This document shows positions 54,961-64,000 of a stretch of 64,000 nt of DNA, in pieces. The number at the start of each line of letters is the position of its first letter. The first letter of the stretch is position 1. This DNA comes from the human T2T-CHM13v2.0 reference genome, Homo sapiens. The notes beneath the pieces were generated by a model. It ran no database searches, was not told the DNA's origin, and saw nothing but the letters and a program-made list of their open reading frames with translations. The stretch lies in assembly GCF_009914755.1 (NCBI RefSeq), contig NC_060933.1; one strand, written 5' to 3'. The position numbers and the translations under genes are program-made.

Positions 54961-56314
54961 TACACCTATGATTTTTACCTGCAAAGAAATGAAATCTGTG
55001 ATGCCCAGTCCCCTTAAAAAATATAAATGACTGTCCCCTCTCTACTGAAAACTTGAAAAATCTATGTCCCCTAAATATTGTGTACACCCTGGCCTGACTG
55101 CAACTTTGGGCAATGCTGTGATGCAGTAACTTACCAATTCTATGGCATTAGTTTCATTTATGGTTCTATACCACAGAAATTCATCTTATTTTATTCATCT
55201 TATTCCTCTCCAAAATACGGGAATTGAGAAGGCTATTTCCATGATGCTGTTGAATTCAACATCTTTTTCATGACCATATTTTCTTTCAGGGTTCTATTTA
55301 GAGAAGCAGTCCAGGACACTGAGGTTTCTTCAAACATATTAAAGGATTTTAGTCAGAGCTGACTCTCAAAGTTGAAATGAAGGCTCAAACTATTCTTTTT
55401 CTTGTAGATATATGTCTTTTTGAAGCGATCAGAAATACTTTACACAAATTCCATTTTTTGTAATTTTTTAACAAGCTCTTTTAACGATGGATTTACTAGG
55501 TTGATCTGTTTAAGTACATTATTCGTAATATTTTAATTTCTTGAGAATTTACTTAATCTTGAAGATATGAGAATGGCATGTATGTAAGGTATTTCCTAAT
55601 TAAAAAAAAACTTCTATTGTAGATTTTCTTTTTAAATTTGGGTGACTCTTCTGTTGAAGTTTAAATGATTTCTCTTTATTAATTGCTCATGATATCAAGA
55701 AAGATTGTTCCCTATTCTTAGTGATAACCCTTTGTATACCCAACAATCTCCTCTCTGGATGTTTTCCTAGGAATAATGAAAAATGTCCATTCGTGGGTTT
55801 TTCTAAAGGCATTCGTGTTTTCAGTTTTGCAAAGCTTACCCATAGCATTGCAAAGTGGAAATTTTCCCTTGAAAAAGTCAAATATTTGGTGATTCATAGT
55901 GATGGGAAATACAATTATATTTCTTAAATAGCCCATTTATGTTAATGCAAGGAGATGTAATAAACTTGCTCTGGCTTCATTAAACATAGTCAGTTTGCGA
56001 TATTCCAACAGAAGGAAAACTACTTCTTTCTTGTGCTGAGAATACAACCATGGCCAGAGATATCAATGCATCCTCACCATTCTCCTAAAACTCATAACGG
56101 TGATTAACCCCTGGTCATATATTTCCATTCTTAAATACTGTAGAATGCTGTCATTTTAGTCTCTAATACCACTGAGGAAAATTTTAAGCACCGTCTCTTT
56201 AGAAATTACCTACATCAATGTATTCCATTACTTTATCTTCCCTCATGCTGTCTTTCCTGTGGAGAGGAAACCATTTTTCACAAAGCAAAGAGAGTAAAAA
56301 TTAACCAACTGGTA

Positions 56315-57960
56315 TTTCTTTTGTAAATAATCTTTATCGAAGAATAATTTATATATCATAAAATGCACTGGGCGTACTAATTTTAATCACCTCTAAAGTT
56401 TTTCTGATGAATTCTTCCATCCTTACCAGGACCTTAGCAACAACGAATCCTCTTCACATCACTTTAACGTTGCCTGTTCTGGAATTGCACGTAAAGAGAT
56501 ATTCAGGATATGCTCATGTGTCTGGCACATTTCCACAAGCATAATTATTTTGAGATTCATCAGTGTTGCTGTGAAATTCTGCAGTACATTCCTTTTTATT
56601 CCCACATAGTATTCCATTATCTGTATATGCCACAATTGGTTTATTTTTAAATTTTAAGGATATTTGGATTGTTTCTAGTTTAGAGCTATTATAAATAAAG
56701 ATTTTATAAACACTTATGTACAAGTCTTTTTGTGGACACATATTTTAATTTCTCTTGTGTAAATACCTAGGAATAAAAATGACTCATCTTACAATAAGTT
56801 CATGTTTAACTCTGTAACAATCTGCCAATATGTTTTCCGAAGTTGTTATACACATTTTATATTCTCATCGTGATATATGAAATTCCAGCTGCTCTTCACT
56901 GACACTTGGGACTGACATTATTTTTAATTTTAGTCATTCTAATGGGTATATAATATGTCACTTTGGTTTTAATTTACATTCCCATGTAACTAATGATGAT
57001 GAGTACTTTTCATGTGTTTCCCAGCAATTCGTATTTTTTATATTTTTGTTCAAATTATTTATTCATTTTAAAATTGTCTTATTTTGGGGTTGTAGAAGTT
57101 TTTAATTATATTCTATTTATGTAAATATTCTAGATAAGTTATATGTAGTATACATACTATAGATATGTAATTTTCTTATAGTCTGTGGCTTCATTCAGTT
57201 TCTTCAGGAAATATTTTGAAAAACAGAAACTTTTCATTTTGATGAAATCCAGTATGTAATTTTTTCTTCATGACTTGTGTTTGTTTTTTTTTTTTTGGTC
57301 TTATTTAGAAAATCTTGGCCACTTCAAGGTCATGAACAACTTTTTTGTCTATGATGCAATTTGAGTTAAATTTTTGCATGCAATAGTGGTGAGTTTTTTT
57401 TTTCCAAATACGTATCAAGTTTTTCAGCCGTTTCTCCACTGAAATATTCTGAAACGTTGTCAAAAATCAATCGACAGTATATGAATGAATTTATTTCTAT
57501 GCTGTCTTTTCTAGCCCATTTATTTATGTATCAAACCTTACTTAAATTCCACAATGTCTCAATCACTGTGGCTCTGTGCTAAACCTGAAATCTGGTAGTT
57601 AAGGTCCCTTAATCTTGTTCTGTTCCACCCCCACCCGCCCAAAATCATTTGGCTCCTTTAGGTTCCTGGCATTTCCACATTAATTTTACCATCACCTTGT
57701 CAAATTACATGAATTGGATTTGTAGATTTGATTGGAATTCTAAATCTACCAGAAATTTTGGTTGAAAAAGCATCTTAAAAATATTGAATCTTCCAAATCA
57801 ATTACATGGTACATCTCTTTATTTAGGTCATCTTCCATTTTTCTTAAAGCTGTTTTATAGTTTTCAGTGTATAAGTGTAAATTTTTAATTAAATTTATTC
57901 TAAAATTTCATATGTATTATATTTTAAGCACTTTTACATTTTATTTTTCATTTTTTATCA
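56315..57960 (-). mobile_element. L1MB/L1ME-type LINE 3' portion
   Basis: Reverse motifs 'ttgcctgttctggaattgc', 'aagtctttttgtggacaca', 'ttgtcaaaaatcaatcgac'. Confidence 0.88.
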
Positions 57961-58394
57961 GGATATATATGCGCAATTAAATTTTGTTTTTTTTTAAATT
58001 CTCACAAGCTGTGAGCAATTGAATTTTATATATAAATTTGTGTTCTATTTTTAATACGAGATGGTTAAATAAGTGTTGGTTATTCTCTTCTTGTGGGTTC
58101 CTCAATTTTTTCTAATTATTGAAAATGTATGTATGGATTATTTAAGTCGCCTTTCACGGGGCTTCTTACACTAATGCATAATGTCTGAAATCTTGTTTCT
58201 AGAATTTCCCATTTGCGCTCTGAAGCAGTCGTTAATCTTTCATAGAACTTGTCCAATCTTACATTTCATTTTTTTAAGGCTCAGGATGCAATTCACCAGT
58301 TAGATTAGTAATATCATTGATTCTAGTTGCTAGCCCTGTGTGAGGCAAAACTGTGTTTGTTTTTGCATCCTTTTCTTGACTGATATTCTCTTCC

Positions 58395-58515
58395 TTCTCG
58401 TTTGGTACACTACTTTGTTTGACCTTGAGAAGTAATTTGGCTACTGTATACCTCGGTTTCTTCATCTGTTTATGGGATAAAATGAGATGATAAATTGGGA
58501 GGTGTTTGTTTAACC
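58395..58515 (+). mobile_element. MIR fragment
   Basis: 'tgaccttgagaagtaatt...cctcggtttcttcatctgt' is the MIR core. Confidence 0.7.
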
Positions 58516-59667
58516 ATGATAGAAAAAAAATAAAAATGAGAATCTGTTCACTAAATTAGTGGGGAAAGAGGATAATTTTGTTTATTTATCATATCTTATA
58601 GCATTCTCTATACAAGTTGCAATATGAAAATAGGTTTGTGGGGTAAAATAATACAGAACCATTTTTTTGGCTTGTTCAGAAATACATTTAATATTTTTAA
58701 AAAAGCATTAACTACTGTAAGAACACAAATATAGCTATGTTTTTTTACATATCTTTTGAGCTAGGCTGACCATAGAGAGTATACAATTTCAAGCGTGGGT
58801 ATGGAAACATGAGTCTACATTAGGTGTTCAGCTAATAATGATGTAAGACATGATAGAAGACAAATCTATAGTGCGAAATATGGGCCATGCTCACATAGAA
58901 TGCTGTTTTACCCAGTCTTTATTACACAAGGAGTATGCTTGGTCAAGCCTCTCTACTCGAGCACCAGATTTTTGACTGAAATTGCCAACTAAGGTTAACC
59001 TGGCCTGATTTATCCATATAATATATGAAAGTGATCCATTTCAGATAGCTCTAATTATACACAATGACAATCTGGGCCTGGCTATACCACAATAGAGAAT
59101 GAACTGTGTAAAATTTAACATGCAGGTAAAAAGCACAACAAACTGTAGCTAAACACATTGTACAAATAATGTATGTCTCTAATCTCTTTTCTCTAAGGAA
59201 AAAGAACTGGAAAATGCTTACCCAGATGACGCTGTAGAAAACTGTATTAAGTGTATGCTTCCCTAAGAGTTTTCATTTCTCCTTCTCTTTGTTATTAGAA
59301 ATTAAACTGATTTAGAACAGAGGTAATGTTGCCCTTCTTACCAGCCTCTCAAAGAGTGCTTTACCAGGTATCTGGACCATTTCGAGGGCTTAGCAAATAC
59401 TTGTTGAATCAATACATGCATTTTTCTTGGTGTGATATTTTAGCAATTTTTATGATACCCTTCCACTAAAATCTGTTTTGTTCCTTTGCATATTTCACTT
59501 ATTCACATTGAAATAAATGTTTATTGAGAATTTATATTAGGATCTATGCTAGGTTTCAAGGAAACAAAGATGAAAGACAAATAAAATCAAGTAGAATGGA
59601 CTTTGTCTTAACTGCAGAATCTTTTGGTTCTGTAATTGATCAACAATAACTCTTTAACTACAGACTT

Positions 59668-60186
59668 TATTGGGAAAAACAGTTTCATGTGCAGTGTCTT
59701 TTGACTCTGCTGCTTAGCCACGTAAGAATGGGCCTTGAGCCTGGAACATTTCCTTACCAAGAGACAGGGAACCACACAGCCTGTACCAGGCTTACCATCT
59801 TGTGTTGAAATACCTTTCTGTGTCTCAGATGCAGTGAGTGTTCTTTTGCTATGCTTAAAACTGTATGTCAATGGAGGCCTGCCCCCAGGTCTTGCCACAA
59901 GTCTCAATATTTCAAACTCTAGCTGATCTTGCTCTGTCTCTTCTCTGTGTAAATAAAGCATTATTTTGTCTGTCCTGTGCTTGACAATTTCGTATTTCCT
60001 TTGGTGATTCTAATACCAAGATTCAATAGGCAGAGTGTTTAGAGTCCTCTCCTGTGGCTGGCTAGAGTCCTTCCCTGGGGTTGGTTAGAGTCCTCCTCTG
60101 GGGTTGGTTAGTGTCCTCCCCTGGGGTTGGTGCCTGGTGCTCTGCTTTCTGGAGATCGATACCTGTACGTGGTGTTCTGCTTAACA
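59668..60186 (+). mobile_element. ERVL solo LTR (MER54/MER74/LTR53-like)
   Basis: Perfect 5-bp TSD gactt (59663-59667, 60187-60191), ends in CA, internal AATAAA, motif 'gaatgggccttgagcctggaacatt'. Confidence 0.8.
60040..60131. repeat. Minisatellite, 4 x 23 bp, inside the LTR
   Basis: Degenerate units of consensus 'tagagtcctcccctggggttggt' at 60040, 60063, 60086 and 60109. Confidence 0.93.
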
Positions 60187-60689
60187 GACTTCATCTGCCT
60201 TCTTTTTCTATAGCTATTGATTGCTACAACACAGCTATTGTTACAAAAGCAAATCTGCAGTACCTGAAGTTTCAGACTATAACATATAGCTTCTCATCTC
60301 CAAGGTTTTGTTATATTAGTTTCTTCCCTGTCAATTGTCCTATTTCCATTACTCTGTCTAATAAATATTACTTTTGGTATATTTCCAATTTGACTTCTTT
60401 TTGAAACACATTTGTCTGGTTCTAGATCATGACTTCTCTATGCTACAGTGATTCTTGTCATCTGATTTCCCTCCTTTGTGTAATTAGCAGTTTGACTCTG
60501 CCCCTAAATTATAAATTCCAGGAGGGTGTGATTAAATCTCATTAATCTCTATTATTTGGTAGGGATCACTGTATGTTCACTGAACTACTGAATTAATAAA
60601 TGGAGATAGACCCCTGAAAATTTAGATTCATTTCCATTTGCTGCACAGCATCCATTGCCTATTTACCCTATTATTTCTACATATGCTTC

Positions 60690-61188
60690 TCTATTAGAGT
60701 TCTCCAGCAAAACAGAAGCAATAGTAAATCTCCATCTATCTATACCTATTTCTGTATTTATATATCTATACCTATATCTATATCTATATCTAAACCATAA
60801 ATATTTATTTTAAGGAATTGACTTACATTATTATGGGGGCTGGGTAGGTTGAAATCTGTACAGCAGGCTGGCAAGCTGCAAATTCAGGGAAGAATTAATA
60901 TTGCAGTCTAGGGTCCAAAATCTGCAGTCTGGAAACTCAGGCAGAATTTTAATGGTACAGAATTAAAGCAGAATTAATTCTTCGGGAAACTTCTGTCTTT
61001 ACTCTTAAGGTCTTCAAATGATTGGATGAGGCCCACCGACATTATGGGAGGCAATATATTTAATGTCTACTGATGTAAATATGAGTTACATCTAAATGTG
61101 TATCTTCACAGCAGCATCTAGACTGATTTTGGCCAAACAATTGGGCACCATAGTCTAGCAAAGTTGACACATATAATTAATCATCACA
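60690..61188 (-). mobile_element. MLT2 (HERVL) solo LTR
   Basis: 'attagagttctccagcaaaacagaagcaatag...aaggaattgactt...aagttgacacatataattaatcatcaca'. Confidence 0.9.
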
Positions 61189-61439
61189 AGTTGCTCTATT
61201 CTTCCAGGTGTATGATTTTTACTGATTCATGCAATAAAGACATTTAATGGTCGGCCTTTGAAATTCAAGGGACAGGAATAGCTGTCATACTGCATACAAC
61301 AGAGAAAGAACTCTCCCTTGCACAGAGATCTCTGATCCTAAGCTATTCTCTGTGCCTTCCTTTCAATCATTATTCCTGATGATGGTTACATATTTAAAAG
61401 TCAATCTGACTGTAGTTATACCTAAAACAATGTTAATAA

Positions 61440-62012
61440 TGTATTTGTTAAGTTAGGGGCCGTGCCCAGCTGGATCCAGTCAGAGACGTATTTTGTAACT
61501 GGAAAATATCCAATTAGATAGGGACACTTCCTAATCTAAATGATTTTTCAGAGAGGGGAGGCACAGGGACTAAATGATGGAAGCACCTAATAAGGTAGGA
61601 AACCAGCAGGTCCTGTTTTCCCAGACCAGATAGAAAACAAGTTAAAACTAGCGCCTGGCACCAAAAGCAACCCTAGTTGCTTCCACTACCCATTGGCATA
61701 AGACGCTTCCACCAGCCACCATGATAGCTTACAAATGGCGTGGCCACACCTGGAAGTTACCACTCATTTTCTTGTGATTTATGATTAATGCACCCCTTAA
61801 TTTGCACATAATTTAAAGTGGGTATTAATAAAGCTAACCAACAGCCCATATGCTGGTACTCTGAGTGCATTGCCTATGAGCTAGGCTAGCCCTGCTCTGC
61901 AAGGAGCAGTCGTGAAGCTGTAACACTCTGGCTCCAATAAAGCTGCTTTATTCAACAGCTGGCTCACTCTTCAGTTATTTCCTGAACAAAGCCAGGAACC
62001 TCCCCTGCATCA
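61440..62012 (+). mobile_element. ERV1 MER4-group solo LTR (MER66/MER41-related)
   Basis: TG...CA ends, 4-bp TSD ataa, motifs 'cataagacgcttccaccagcc', 'tagccctgctctgcaaggagcagt' and AATAAA. Confidence 0.82.
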
Positions 62013-62049
62013 ATAACACCTTAAAATATAGGAGTTAAGGCTTATTAAC

Positions 62050-62180
62050 AACAATGAAAGAACAACAGGTAGCACTTAAGATGCTCCTATGCGCAAGTAT
62101 ATGTAAGCCATCCTAAGTGCTTCACAAATATCAACTCATTAATTCTCATAAAAACTCTACATAAAAGTACTACTAATTTC
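62050..62180 (-). mobile_element. MIR fragment
   Basis: 'ctaagtgcttcacaaatatcaactcattaattctcataaaaactcta'. Confidence 0.7.
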
Positions 62181-62234
62181 TCAAAGAATAAAAGTTTATT
62201 TTTAAAACTACATAGGAAACATTTTGGAGCTATT

Positions 62235-62625
62235 GAATCAATTAGCTATTGCCATATTGATGCTGCATAACACAGAATTCCAGCATATGGTAGATTAACA
62301 CAGCGGCCAACAACAGTTATTTACTTATTCTCCATCATACACCTGTGTCATTTGGCTAAATGGGCCTGCTCCAAGCTGTGGCTCCTCACTTAGAATTAGG
62401 CTCACATGTGCTTCATGTGTTGATCCCAGACTGACAGGACATGGTAGCTTTTCCCATGGCGATATCAAGCCCAATGGCACAGACACATTTTAAGCCTCTG
62501 ATTGTTTCATATGTTGTAACATCCCATAGCTTGAAGTAAGTTTATATGGACAAGCTCAAAGTCAAGGGGCAGATCTACAGAGTAAAATGTTAAAGGGTGT
62601 GGATGCAGGGGGATGTGAAGAATGT
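62235..62625 (-). mobile_element. MLT1I/J-like LTR
   Basis: 'attagctattgcc...gctgcataac...ggacaagctcaaagtcaaggggcag'. Confidence 0.6.
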
Positions 62626-63001
62626 TAAAACGTGCTCTTATGCCATATGAATCGAGTGCCTTTGTAACCTAAGAAATATGCTAGTGGATTTATGCACTCA
62701 GTTGTTTCATTCACCACTGTATATCCATAAGGTATATAGTATAACTTCTATTTTATAAATGATAAATCTTAGGCTGAGGAAGCTAATTTTATACTAATTA
62801 AGCTACACCACCAATAAGTACTATGATCCTACACATTAAGCTGTTTTAAATACATGGCTATATCCTGTAGTAATTTATATCCAAATTTCCTTTGAAATGT
62901 CTTCTTACAGAAGTGAATTTGAGTTTATTTTATTTAAATATTTAGCATTTAATACATTTTAAATATCTTCTTTCAAAATTAATATAAAGGGATTATTCTT
63001 A

Positions 63002-64000
<999 letters not shown>

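Noticed and set aside
60040-60131. CRISPR-like array
   Set aside because: The units are contiguous with no unique spacers, the context is a primate LTR, and there are no cas genes.

Overview
This is AT-rich, CpG-poor primate genomic DNA, human-like: it carries AluJ/S/Y, L1PA/L1PB/L1M, THE1/MST/MLT, MER and MADE1 elements. It looks like a gene desert or part of a very long intron. I find no supportable protein-coding gene, CpG island, tRNA, rRNA or CRISPR array. The listed ORFs are chance ORFs or decayed L1 ORF2/Alu/LTR translations, and much of the window is interspersed repeat, often nested. I cannot demonstrate a new biological system from the sequence alone. The best leads are: (1) a ~273 bp non-L1 segment resembling an mRNA 3' end, inserted without TSD inside an L1PB ORF2 (33406-33678); (2) a strong 3' splice site directly followed by a regenerated 5' splice site (AG|GTAATG) and a 64-nt exon, the architecture of a recursive-splice site (41711-41819); (3) a repeat-free block at 54.2-55.0 kb with a candidate terminal exon and a dense homeodomain/TALE motif cluster; (4) a non-canonically inserted MADE1 hairpin and several local duplications and palindromic insertions. 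Repeat subfamily names come from my recall of consensus sequences and need RepeatMasker/Dfam confirmation. Boundaries of old repeats are approximate.
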